Shown: positions 43,853 through 54,819, numbered from the stretch's first letter. The stretch: DNA of 58,333 nucleotides from an uncultured Clostridia bacterium (GCA_946407675.1 CAMJPK010000001.1:1-58333); one strand, 5' to 3'. Translations and numbers: made by a program. Notes: generated by a model not told the origin, from the sequence alone.

Positions 43853-44268
43853 AGGTTTTTGACGGGGCTTCGCCCTGTCAAAAACACCGCCAAGGCGAAG
43901 CGGGAGCGAGCCCTCGCGCCGTCGTCGTCGTGCGCCTCACGTCTTCGCTTCCCCGCGCAGCGGGAAAGCTCGTTGCGTTCGGCGACTCCTCCTCTTCGGA
44001 ACGCACCCACTTTGTTGGGCAGCGTCCCGATTTTGCAAAGCCGAGGGCGATAATACGAATTCCGTATTTCAGAATGAAATGCGCAGCGATTGCTGCGCAA
44101 GCAAAGCGCATGCTTTGCTTGGAATTCGTATTGCACGGTTTTTTCAAGGGCGCATTGCGCCCTTACCAGTGAGCTCCTCTCACTGGTAAGGGAAACATTA
44201 TATAATGTTTCTCTTGAAAAAGAGTATAAGCGCGAGTAACTCGATTGCGAAACGAGTTTCGCAATCGA
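43853..44268. repeat. Non-coding array of at least 8 perfect or near-perfect palindromes
   Basis: tttttgacgggg/ccctgtcaaaaa (43855-43884). aatacgaattcc (44052-44063) pairs with ggaattcgtatt (44121-44132) and encloses hairpins 44081-44098 and 44101-44118. aagggcgc/gcgccctt (about 44146-44164). ccttaccagtgag/ctcactggtaagg (44161-44191). gaaacattat/ataatgtttc (44192-44211). ctctt/aagag (44211-44224). tcgattgcgaaa/tttcgcaatcga (44241-44268). Confidence 0.8.
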
Positions 44269-44405
44269 ATAATATTCTATCGTATATGACGAAAAAAAGC
44301 AAAGAAAGTTTCACACCTATCCAAATGACACGCGCGCGCAACTGTGCTATGATAAACCCACAGCAAAAAACGGGAGGACCGGACATGAAATGATTTCTGA
44401 AAACG

Positions 44406-45194
44406 ATGCTGGCGTTTGTGCTCATCGCGGCGCTGGCCGCCGCCGTGCAGGCGCTGGCGGCGGAGGCCGCCGCGCAGGGCGGGCCCTACGAGCAGCTGCT
44501 GTACGTCCACGACTGGCTGACGACGCACAACGAATACAATTCCGACGCCGCGTACGAAGGCGGCGAGGAGAACTACTTCGCGTGGACGCCGCTGGCGGCG
44601 CTGACGGATGAAGGCCGGCCGATCTGCGAGGGCTATTCGAAGGCCTTCAAGCTGGTCTGCGACGAGCTGGCCTATTACGCCCCCGCGGTGACGTGGGCTG
44701 TGATGTGCGGGATGACCAACGGCATGGGCTGGGACGAACAGGGCAACGCGCTGTTCATGCCGGAATTTCAGGTCAACCGCGGCCAGGCCGTGACCTTCCT
44801 GTGGCGCGCGAACTGGTGCCCGGAGCCGGAGACGACCGACAACCGCTTCTCCGATGTGGCCGCGGGCAGCTATTATGAAAAGGCGGTGCTCTGGGCGATC
44901 GAGAACGGCATCACCAACGGCACGACCTGGGACGAGGAAGCCGGCGTCTACGAATTCTCGCCCGACGCGCCCGTGACGCGCGGGCAGATGCTGACCTTCC
45001 TCTGGCGCTCGGTCGGCAAGCCCGGCGAGACGGAGACCTATGAGGGCAAGCAGTGGTTCAGCGACGCGGAGCGCTGGGGCGACGAGAGCGGCTGCATCTA
45101 CGGCACCGCGGAGGCCTATGAGACGGGCGCGGACTGCCCGCGCGCCGACGTCGTCTACTACCTGTGGCAGGCGGTCCTCTCCATGGCGGGCTGA
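44406..45194 (+). CDS. SLH-repeat protein with truncated transglutaminase-like N-terminal fragment; possible pseudogene
   Basis: CEGYSKAFKLVCDEL (transglutaminase-core Cys context; no downstream His/Asp seen) followed by SLH-like repeats (FSDVAAGSYYEKAVLWAIENGITNGT...TRGQMLTFLWR). The SD-preceded ATG at 44385 is in frame but interrupted by TGA at codon 3. Confidence 0.5.
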   Translation: MLAFVLIAALAAAVQALAAEAAAQGGPYEQLLYVHDWLTTHNEYNSDAAYEGGEENYFAWTPLAALTDEGRPICEGYSKAFKLVCDELAYYAPAVTWAVMCGMTNGMGWDEQGNALFMPEFQVNRGQAVTFLWRANWCPEPETTDNRFSDVAAGSYYEKAVLWAIENGITNGTTWDEEAGVYEFSPDAPVTRGQMLTFLWRSVGKPGETETYEGKQWFSDAERWGDESGCIYGTAEAYETGADCPRADVVYYLWQAVLSMAG

Positions 45195-45216
45195 ACCGTA
45201 TCGAACGGACATTGAC

Positions 45217-45254
45217 GCCGGGGCTTTTCAGAGAAAAGCCCCGGCGCTGCTTTT
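45217..45254 (+). terminator. Rho-independent terminator after the SLH gene
   Basis: 13-bp stem gccggggcttttc / gaaaagccccggc, loop aga, TTTT 5 nt downstream. Confidence 0.75.
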
Positions 45255-45268
45255 GCGTTTTTCCGTAG

Positions 45269-45297
45269 TTGCCATCGCTTGACTTGCATGGTATAAT
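45269..45297 (+). promoter_or_regulatory. Sigma-A-type promoter candidate for the methyltransferase-ecf operon
   Basis: TTGCCA, exactly 17 nt, TATAAT with TGn (aTGgTATAAT). Confidence 0.65.
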
Positions 45298-45330
45298 ATC
45301 TTGTTAAATTGTGCGAAGCGGAGAAGCGCC

Positions 45331-46191
45331 ATGTGGATTTCTGACAAATGGAAAGACTATGAGCTGATCGACTGCTCCCGCGGGGAACGGCTGGAGCGCT
45401 GGGGCGATCAGATCCTCGTGCGTCCGGACCCCCAGGCCGTCTGGAACACGCCGCGCGTCAATCCCCTGTGGTCCCGCCCCTCCGCGCGCTACAGCCGCAG
45501 CAGCACCGGCGGCGGTCACTGGGACAAAAACGCGCTGCCGGAGCGCTGGACCGTCCGCTACGGAGACCTGACCTTCTGCGTCAAGCCGATGAACTTCAAG
45601 CACACGGGGCTGTTCCCGGAGCAGGCCTGCAACTGGGACTTTATCGCACAGCGCATCCGCGGCGCCGGGCGGCCTGTCAGTGTGCTGAATCTCTTCGGCT
45701 ACACCGGCGCGGCCACCGTCGCGGCGGCGAAGGCGGGCGCGAGCGTCTGCCACGTGGACGCGGCGAAGGGCATGGTGCAGTGGGGCAAGGAGAACGCGGA
45801 GGCCAGCGGCGTCCGGGACTGCCCGATCCGCTGGATCGTGGACGACTGCGGCAAGTTCGTCGAGCGCGAGCGCCGGCGCGGCCGCCGCTATGACGCGATC
45901 ATCATGGACCCGCCGAGCTACGGCCGCGGGCCGGGCGGCGAGGTCTGGAAGCTGGAGGACAACCTCTGGGACTTCGCCTCCGCCACGGCGGAGGTGCTCT
46001 CGGACGATCCGCTGTTCGTCGTCATCAACTCCTATACCACCGGCCTGTCCGCCTCCACGATCGGCTACGTCGCGGACAGCATCTTCACGAAGCGCTTCGG
46101 CGGGCGCGCGGAAAGCCGGGAGCTCGGCCTGCCCGTGACCGACAGCGGCCTGGCGCTGCCCTGCGGCGCAAGCTGCCGCTGGAGCAAATAA
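45331..46191 (+). CDS. Class I SAM-dependent methyltransferase (RlmI/YwbD-like)
   Basis: FKHTGLFPEQ, SAM motif I VLNLFGYTGAATVAAA, motif IV IIMDPPSYG. Confidence 0.85.
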   Translation: MWISDKWKDYELIDCSRGERLERWGDQILVRPDPQAVWNTPRVNPLWSRPSARYSRSSTGGGHWDKNALPERWTVRYGDLTFCVKPMNFKHTGLFPEQACNWDFIAQRIRGAGRPVSVLNLFGYTGAATVAAAKAGASVCHVDAAKGMVQWGKENAEASGVRDCPIRWIVDDCGKFVERERRRGRRYDAIIMDPPSYGRGPGGEVWKLEDNLWDFASATAEVLSDDPLFVVINSYTTGLSASTIGYVADSIFTKRFGGRAESRELGLPVTDSGLALPCGASCRWSK

Positions 46192-46209
46192 AACAAACGG
46201 AAATCAGCC

Positions 46210-47052
46210 ATGACAGATCCCATTCTCAAAATCGAACACGTTTCTTACACCTACCCCGAGGCGGAGGAGCCCGCGCTGCGCGACGTTACACTGGAGATCG
46301 CCCGCGGCAGCTTCGTCGCCGTGCTGGGGCACAACGGCTCGGGCAAGAGCACGCTGGCCAAGACCTTCAACGGCATCCTGATCCCCACGGAGGGCCGGGT
46401 GCTGGTGGAGGGCATGGACACCGCGGATGAGGACAGGCTGCTGGACATCCGGCGCACCGTCGGCATGGTGTTCCAGAACCCGGACAACCAGATCGTCGCC
46501 TCCGTCGTGGAGGACGACGTGGCCTTTGCCCCGGAGAACCTCGGCGTGGCGCCCAAGGAGATCCGGCAGCGCGTGGACGACGCGCTGCGCGCCGTCGGGA
46601 TGTACGACTTCCGGCTGCACGCGCCGCACCTGCTCTCCGGCGGGCAGAAGCAGCGCGTCGCCATCGCGGGCGTGCTGGCCATGCGCCCGGCGTGCATCGT
46701 GCTTGACGAGCCCACCGCGATGCTCGACCCCATCGGGCGGCGCGAGGTGCTCGCCACGGTGGAGGAGCTGCGCCGGGAAAGGGGCATGACCGTCGTGCTC
46801 ATCACCCATCACATGAGCGAGTGCGTGGACGCTGACCGCGTGATCGTGATGAACGGCGGGCGCGTCGCGCTCGACGGCAGCCCGAAGGCCGTGTTCTCGC
46901 AGGTGGAGACCATGCGCGCCGAGGGGCTGGCCGTGCCGGAGACGACGGAGCTCATCTATGGCCTGCGGCAGGGCGGCTTCGACCTGCCGCTGGACGCGCT
47001 CAGCGTCGACGAATGTGCCGACGCGATCGCCGCAATCTTCAAGAAGGACTAA
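46210..47052 (+). CDS. ecfA1: Energy-coupling factor transporter ATPase EcfA1
   Basis: Walker A GHNGSGKST, LSGGQKQRVAIAGVLA, IVLDEPTAMLDP; first of the ecfA1-ecfA2-ecfT triad. Confidence 0.93.
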   Translation: MTDPILKIEHVSYTYPEAEEPALRDVTLEIARGSFVAVLGHNGSGKSTLAKTFNGILIPTEGRVLVEGMDTADEDRLLDIRRTVGMVFQNPDNQIVASVVEDDVAFAPENLGVAPKEIRQRVDDALRAVGMYDFRLHAPHLLSGGQKQRVAIAGVLAMRPACIVLDEPTAMLDPIGRREVLATVEELRRERGMTVVLITHHMSECVDADRVIVMNGGRVALDGSPKAVFSQVETMRAEGLAVPETTELIYGLRQGGFDLPLDALSVDECADAIAAIFKKD

Positions 47053-47057
47053 CATCT

Positions 47058-47921
47058 ATGTCGATCATCAGGGTAGAAAACCTGACGCATGTTTACAGTC
47101 AGGGGACGCCGTTTGAAAAAGTCGCTGTCGACAACATATCGGTGGAGATCGGGCGCGGAGAGATCCTCGGCATCATCGGCCACACCGGAAGCGGGAAGAG
47201 CACCTTTATCCAGCACCTCAACGCGCTGCTGAAGCCGACGAGCGGCAGGGTGTTTTTCGACGGGAAGGACATCCACGCCTCCAAGGAGACCGCGCGCGAC
47301 GTGCGCTTTCAGGTGGGGCTGGTGTTCCAGTATCCGGAGTATCAGCTCTTTGAGGAGACGGTGTTCAAGGACATCGCCTTCGGCCCGAAAAACATGGGGC
47401 TGAGCGAGGCGGAGATCGCCGAGCGCGTGCACGAGGCCGCCGGCTTTGCCGACGTGCCGGAGTCGCTGCTGGAGGCGTCGCCGCTGGAGCTTTCCGGCGG
47501 GCAGAAGCGCCGCGTCGCCATCGCGGGCGTCATCGCCATGATGCCGCAGGTGCTGATCCTCGACGAGCCCACCGCCGGGCTTGACCCGGTCGGGCGCGAG
47601 AGCATCTTGCAGAAGATTCTCGACTACCGCCGCGAGACGGAGGGCACGATCCTGCTCATCTCCCACAGCATGGACGATGTGGCCCGGCTCGCCACGCGCC
47701 TGCTGGTGTTTGACAAGGGAAGGATCGCCATGGACGGCACGCCCGCGGAAATCTTTGACCGCGCCGGGGAGCTCAAGGCCATGGGCCTGACCGTCCCGGC
47801 GGCCACGGAGATCGCGCTGGCGCTGCGCAGGCGCGGGGTAGACATACCGGAGAGCATCTACACCATAAACTATCTGAGGAAGCAGCTCGTTTCCCTGCGA
47901 GAGGGGGGCGGCGCATGCTGA
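47058..47921 (+). CDS. ecfA2: Energy-coupling factor transporter ATPase EcfA2
   Basis: Walker A GHTGSGKST, LSGGQKRRVAIAGVIA, LILDEPTAGLDP. Start at MSIIRVENL. Confidence 0.93.
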   Translation: MSIIRVENLTHVYSQGTPFEKVAVDNISVEIGRGEILGIIGHTGSGKSTFIQHLNALLKPTSGRVFFDGKDIHASKETARDVRFQVGLVFQYPEYQLFEETVFKDIAFGPKNMGLSEAEIAERVHEAAGFADVPESLLEASPLELSGGQKRRVAIAGVIAMMPQVLILDEPTAGLDPVGRESILQKILDYRRETEGTILLISHSMDDVARLATRLLVFDKGRIAMDGTPAEIFDRAGELKAMGLTVPAATEIALALRRRGVDIPESIYTINYLRKQLVSLREGGGAC

Positions 47922-48718
47922 AGGACATCACGCTGGGCCAGTATTTTCCCGGCAATACCGTCATCCACCGGCTCGACCCGCGCACAAAGCTGCTCGGCCT
48001 CATCTGCTATATCGTCGCGCTGTTCCTTGCCAAGAGCTATTATTCCTACGCGCTGATGGCGCTGGTGCTCGTCACGCTGAGCGTGCTGTCGCGCATCCGG
48101 CCCAAGACGCTGCTGAGTGGGCTGAAGCCGCTGATTTTCATCGTGATCTTCACGGGCGTGATCAACCTGTTTTACGGCAGCGGCGAGCCGCTGGTACAGT
48201 TTTGGATCTTCAAAATCACGGCAAACGGCATCCGCACCGCGGTGTTCATGGTGCTGCGCATCATGCTTTTGGTCTGCGGGACCTTTCTGCTGACCTATAC
48301 CACCTCCCCGCTGCAGCTCACCGACGGCCTTGAAAAGCTGCTCGCCCCGCTGAAGGTCATCCGCTTTCCGGTGCACGAGCTGGCGATGATGATGAGCATT
48401 GCGCTGCGCTTTATCCCCACGCTCATCGAGGAGACGGACAAGATCATGTCCGCGCAGCGTGCGCGCGGCGCCTCCTTCGATACCGGCAAGCTTACCGAGC
48501 GCGCCAAGGCGCTGGTGCCGCTGCTGGTGCCGCTGTTCGTCAGCGCCTTCCGCCGCGCCGACGAGCTGGCAACCGCCATGGAGTGCCGCTGCTACCACGC
48601 GGGCATCGGTCGCACGCGGATGAAGGAGCTGCACTTTGCCGCGCGGGACGTCGTCGCGCTCGCGCTCTGCGCGGTCCTGATCGCCGCGGTCAGCGTCCTG
48701 CGCCACTACGGGCTGTGA
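47915..48718 (+). CDS. ecfT: Energy-coupling factor transporter transmembrane component EcfT
   Basis: 267 aa, IHRLDPRTKL, and the conserved ARG...R coupling helices (SAQRARGA; FRRADELATAMECR). Confidence 0.92.
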   Translation: MLKDITLGQYFPGNTVIHRLDPRTKLLGLICYIVALFLAKSYYSYALMALVLVTLSVLSRIRPKTLLSGLKPLIFIVIFTGVINLFYGSGEPLVQFWIFKITANGIRTAVFMVLRIMLLVCGTFLLTYTTSPLQLTDGLEKLLAPLKVIRFPVHELAMMMSIALRFIPTLIEETDKIMSAQRARGASFDTGKLTERAKALVPLLVPLFVSAFRRADELATAMECRCYHAGIGRTRMKELHFAARDVVALALCAVLIAAVSVLRHYGL

Positions 48719-48736
48719 GAGGTGCGGAGAGAGACG

Positions 48737-49198
48737 ATGAATGACGAACAAATCCGGCTGCTGTTTGATGGTTGGTGCCGAAAGCTGCGCATCGTTCCCG
48801 CGTGGGATGTGAAGCTGGAGCTTGTCACCGACCCGGATTGGCCAAAAACAGGGGACATCAAAATCGACTGTGACGACAAAAAAGCCATCTTAATGCTAAA
48901 TGTTGCCGCACCGAAGCAGGAAAACGTGGAAGAGGTCATTGTGCATGAGCTGTTTCACCTGAAGCTCTATCCGTTGGATCAGACGACGGAAAACCTGATA
49001 AGCAGCGGCTTTGAGGAAGGCAGCCACGGGTATGACTTTGCCATGACCCAGTTCATGCTGACGTTGGAACAGACGGTGGAGGAGCTTACAAAATGCTTTC
49101 TCCTTGAGTTTGGGGAAAACCGGGAGCTGTCGTTTGGACGCTGCGCCCAGAAAACCAGCTTTGATGATTTGTATAGGGGATTAAGGCCGCTGGGTTAA
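48737..49198 (+). CDS. Hypothetical HExxH-motif protein (putative zinc metallopeptidase-like)
   Basis: 153 aa from ATG 48737 (RBS ggagagag). VIVHELFHLKLYP contains HExxH. G+C and codon usage are visibly lower than in the flanking ecfT/truA genes. Confidence 0.65.
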   Translation: MNDEQIRLLFDGWCRKLRIVPAWDVKLELVTDPDWPKTGDIKIDCDDKKAILMLNVAAPKQENVEEVIVHELFHLKLYPLDQTTENLISSGFEEGSHGYDFAMTQFMLTLEQTVEELTKCFLLEFGENRELSFGRCAQKTSFDDLYRGLRPLG

Positions 49199-49212
49199 GT
49201 CAGACGCCCTTT

Positions 49213-49261
49213 CCCTCCCCCAGCGGGGGAGGGTGCCGCCCGCAGGCGGCAGGTGAGGGAG
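49213..49261 (+). repeat. Divergent member of the double-hairpin repeat family
   Basis: ccctcccccagcgggggaggg + tgccgcccgcaggcggcaggtgagggag. Same architecture: GC hairpin, second hairpin, (g)tgaggg tail. Confidence 0.65.
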
Positions 49262-49305
49262 AGCCCCGAGCTGACAACAACCTACTTCTGACAGGAGCAG
49301 ACAGC

Positions 49306-49674
49306 ATGTCAACAGACCGCTCTTATCTAACGCCCTATGCGCAGAAACTTCGCAAAAGCATGACCCCGGAAGAAATCAAACTCTGGACGCAATTCTTGCG
49401 GCGCCTTCCGGTCACGGTTCGCCGTCAAAAGCCCATCGGTCCATACATTGTGGATTTCTACATCGCAGAGAGAAAAGCGGTGATTGAACTGGACGGTTCC
49501 CAACATTTTGAGGAAACCGCACAAGCTGCTGACCGCACGCGAGACCAGTTTTTGCAGAGCAAGGGATTTGTTGTGCTCCGATATTCCAACGCAGAGATCA
49601 ACCGCAGCTTTTACGAGGTATGCGAGGACATCCGGAACAAGCTGGATCTGTCGCCGGGAGACGGTACAGATTGA
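49306..49674 (+). CDS. DUF559 (Vsr-like endonuclease fold) domain protein
   Basis: LRKSMTPEEIKLWTQFLRR...VRRQKPIGPYIVDFYIAERKAVIELDGSQH...FLQSKGFVVLRYSNAEI matches the DUF559 pattern closely. Confidence 0.85.
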   Translation: MSTDRSYLTPYAQKLRKSMTPEEIKLWTQFLRRLPVTVRRQKPIGPYIVDFYIAERKAVIELDGSQHFEETAQAADRTRDQFLQSKGFVVLRYSNAEINRSFYEVCEDIRNKLDLSPGDGTD

Positions 49675-49682
49675 TCTTCGCA

Positions 49683-49698
49683 CTCCCTCACCCGCCGC
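49683..49698 (-). repeat. Partial inverted copy of the repeat tail (right-hand inverted repeat flanking the DUF559 gene)
   Basis: ctccctcacccgccgc is the reverse complement of gcggcaggtgagggag (49246-49261) with 15 of 16 positions matching. Confidence 0.6.
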
Positions 49699-49710
49699 AA
49701 GGAACTGCTT

Positions 49711-50475
49711 ATGAGAAACATCGCCTTACGATTGAAATATGACGGCTCGGCCTACCACGGCTGGCAGGTGCAGAAAACCGACGTGTCCGTCGCGGAGACG
49801 CTGGAGAAGGCGCTCACGAAGGTCTGCAAGCATCCGGTGCGCGTCGTCGGCTGCGGGCGCACGGACGCGGGCGTTCACGCCCTGCGCTACTGCGCCAACT
49901 TCCGCACGGACTGTGCCATCCCGGTGGATAAGCTGCCGCTGGCGGCCAACGCCCGTCTGCCCGGCGATATCGCCGTGGTCGGCGCGGTCGAAGCGCCGGA
50001 GGACTTCAACGCCATCGGCTCGTGCATCCAAAAGGAATACGTCTACCGCATCCTCAACAGCCGCGTCCGCGACCCCTTCCTCGATAAGCGCGTGTGCTTC
50101 TGGCCGCAGCGGCTGGACTTCGAGCGCATGGCCGAGGCCGGGCGCGCCTTCGAGGGCACGCACGACTTCCGCGCGGTGCGCTCGGTCGGCACGGAGACAA
50201 GGACCACGGTGCGCACGGTGCACTGGTGCCGCACCGAGCGGGAGGGCGACCTCATCTCGGTGTACGTCTGCGCCGACGGCTTCCTCTACAACATGGTGCG
50301 CGCCATCGTCGGCACGATGGTCTACGCCTCCTACGGCAAGCTGGAGCCGGAGGAGATCCCGGCCCTGCTGGAGACGGGCGACCGCCGCCTGACCGGGCCG
50401 ACCATGCCGCCGCAGGGGCTCTACATGAACCGCGTGTGGTACGACGGCGCCGTGGGCGCGCTGATGGCGGACTGA
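49711..50475 (+). CDS. truA: tRNA pseudouridine(38-40) synthase
   Basis: YDGSAYHGWQVQ and catalytic GCGRTDAGVHA motif. Confidence 0.95.
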   Translation: MRNIALRLKYDGSAYHGWQVQKTDVSVAETLEKALTKVCKHPVRVVGCGRTDAGVHALRYCANFRTDCAIPVDKLPLAANARLPGDIAVVGAVEAPEDFNAIGSCIQKEYVYRILNSRVRDPFLDKRVCFWPQRLDFERMAEAGRAFEGTHDFRAVRSVGTETRTTVRTVHWCRTEREGDLISVYVCADGFLYNMVRAIVGTMVYASYGKLEPEEIPALLETGDRRLTGPTMPPQGLYMNRVWYDGAVGALMAD

Positions 50476-50540
50476 CGTTGTAAAAATGATGCAAGCAGCG
50501 CATAGAATTGTTCACAATTCCCCGATATAATGGAGACGAC

Positions 50541-51719
50541 ATGGACGAGAAAGAACCGCTGGACGGGCTGGAACAGACCGAACCGGGCAATCCCACAAAA
50601 AAGAAGCAACGCAGCAAAACGCTCGGCCGCATTCTGGCCGGAGTTTTGACGCTGCTGCTCATCGCGCTCGCCGTGCTGGTGTTCGTCTTCCGCGACCAGC
50701 TGACGGGCGAGGGGCTGCGCCGGCTGTTCGGCCGCGAGCCGGCTGTGGAAGCGGCGCGCGAGGCCTTCACCTATGAGACCGGCGCGGAGCAGGTGTTCGC
50801 CGCCGCGGGCGACGGGCTTGCCGTCGCAAGCACCTCCTCGGTGCAGCTGCTGAACGCCGCGGGCGAGACCTTGTTCAAGCAGGTGGCCTCCTACGAGACC
50901 CCCGCCGTCTTCGGCTCGGCCAAGGGCGCGCTGTTCTGTGACATCGGCGGGAAGCACGCCGTCTTTGCGGACTTCGCGGGCGAGGGGCATGCGCTCCCCG
51001 TCGGCGGCGAGATCCTCACCGCCGGTATGAACGACAGCGGCTGGTTCTATCTGGTCACGGCCGAGGCAGGCTACAAGGCGCTTGTCAGCGTCTACAACAG
51101 CGCGTGTGAAAAGCAATTTGAATGGTGGTCGGGCAGCGGCTACGTCCTGCGCGCGGCCATCTCTCCGGACAACCGCTCCCTCGCGGTGCTGTGCGCGGAG
51201 CGGGATGTCTCGAAGCTCCACTTCTTCTCGCTCGGCAGCGAGGACGAGCGCGCCGCCGCGACGGTTGCGGACACGCTGCTGTTCGACCTGTGCTATACCG
51301 GCGGCGACAGCGTCTGCGCCATCGGCGAGCGCGGGCTGTGGTTTTTCCGCGACACGGGCGAGCAGCTCGGCGCCTATCCGCTCGACGGGCGCTACCTGCT
51401 CGATTACGCCTTTGACCGCGGAAGCTTTGTGACGGCCTTCGTCAGCGACTACCGCTCCGGCGCGGGCGGCACGCTTCTGACCTTCGGCAGCGACGGCCGC
51501 GTGCTCGGCTCCGCGGCGCTTGACCGCGACGTGATCTCGCTGAGCGCGGCGGGGAAGCAGCTGCTGGTCATGACCGGCGGGAGCCTGGCGCTGTACAATC
51601 AGGAGCTCACGCTCCAGTCCGCCAACGAGACGCTGATGACCGCCAAGCGCGCGCTGCTGCGTCCGTCGGGCGATATTTTGCTGCTGCACGCCTACAGCGC
51701 GGAGCGCTTCTCATTTTGA
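50541..51719 (+). CDS. Membrane-anchored hypothetical protein (possibly DUF5711-like repeat/beta-propeller ectodomain)
   Basis: N-terminal basic tail plus one TM (ILAGVLTLLLIALAVLVFVF), then a repetitive beta-rich region. The family assignment is from memory and uncertain. Confidence 0.7.
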   Translation: MDEKEPLDGLEQTEPGNPTKKKQRSKTLGRILAGVLTLLLIALAVLVFVFRDQLTGEGLRRLFGREPAVEAAREAFTYETGAEQVFAAAGDGLAVASTSSVQLLNAAGETLFKQVASYETPAVFGSAKGALFCDIGGKHAVFADFAGEGHALPVGGEILTAGMNDSGWFYLVTAEAGYKALVSVYNSACEKQFEWWSGSGYVLRAAISPDNRSLAVLCAERDVSKLHFFSLGSEDERAAATVADTLLFDLCYTGGDSVCAIGERGLWFFRDTGEQLGAYPLDGRYLLDYAFDRGSFVTAFVSDYRSGAGGTLLTFGSDGRVLGSAALDRDVISLSAAGKQLLVMTGGSLALYNQELTLQSANETLMTAKRALLRPSGDILLLHAYSAERFSF

Positions 51720-51737
51720 CAAAAGGAGGTAGTGGAT

Positions 51738-52469
51738 ATGGCGATCAAAGCGATCATTGATCTGGTGCTGCTCGGCATCCTGATCGTCTGCATCTGGAGC
51801 GGATATAAAAAGGGCATCATCATGGGCGTCGGCGGGATCCTGTGCATCATCGTGGCGATCTACGGCGCGAATCTGCTGGCCAATTCCTTCTCCTTCGACG
51901 TGGTGCCCGCGCTCAAGCCCTTCGCCAACGGCTATACCGAGACGCTGATCGGCGGCAACGACAGCGCGGTGATGAAGCGCATGGGCTGGGACGGCTCTAC
52001 ATACAGCCCCGAGGACCTTGTGGAGATGTACCCGGAGCGCAAGCTGGAATTCTGCTCGGCCTGCTATCAGGTGCTTGGCATCGACACGGTGACCGCCGAC
52101 CACATGGCGGAAAAGGCCGTGACCTACGAGCAGGAGAGCGGCGTTACGATCCGCGTCGCGGTGGGGCAGGTGCTGTGCGAGACGATCAGCTACGCCGGCT
52201 GTTTTCTGATTGCCTTTGTGCTGATCGTGATCGTCCTGACCGTGATCGGGAACCTGCCGAACTTGAGCTGGAAGCTCCCGCGGCTGGACATTGTCAATGA
52301 TATTGCGGGCGCGCTGCTGGGCGCGGTGACGGGGCTGATGTTCTGCGCCGTGCTGGTATGGGCGCTGAAGTTTATGGGAATGCTGATAGGAAAAGACACG
52401 CTGGCATCCACCCGCATCGGCGGCTGGCTGCTGCAGAAGAATTTCCTTTTCAAGTATCTGGGTGTCTGA
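51738..52469 (+). CDS. cvpA: CvpA-family membrane protein
   Basis: IIDLVLLGILIVCIWSGYKKGII is a typical CvpA N-terminus; 4 TM segments. ATG at 51738 with AGGAGG 9 nt upstream. Confidence 0.8.
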   Translation: MAIKAIIDLVLLGILIVCIWSGYKKGIIMGVGGILCIIVAIYGANLLANSFSFDVVPALKPFANGYTETLIGGNDSAVMKRMGWDGSTYSPEDLVEMYPERKLEFCSACYQVLGIDTVTADHMAEKAVTYEQESGVTIRVAVGQVLCETISYAGCFLIAFVLIVIVLTVIGNLPNLSWKLPRLDIVNDIAGALLGAVTGLMFCAVLVWALKFMGMLIGKDTLASTRIGGWLLQKNFLFKYLGV

Positions 52470-52486
52470 CAGATTAGGAGAAACAC

Positions 52487-54808
<2,322 letters not shown>

Positions 54809-54819
54809 CACAGAGATAC

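Noticed and set aside
43849-44172. ORF-track ORFs of 64-171 aa in the 43.8-44.2 kb gap on both strands.
   Set aside because: They overlap each other on both strands, lack RBS sequences, and run through palindromes, so each arm is translated on both strands. There is no coding-type GC3 pattern.
44385-44393. Two-codon mini-ORF (ATG AAA TGA) as a regulatory leader peptide.
   Set aside because: It is in frame with the downstream SLH ORF, and together they reconstitute an ideal signal peptide. A nonsense mutation is the simpler explanation.
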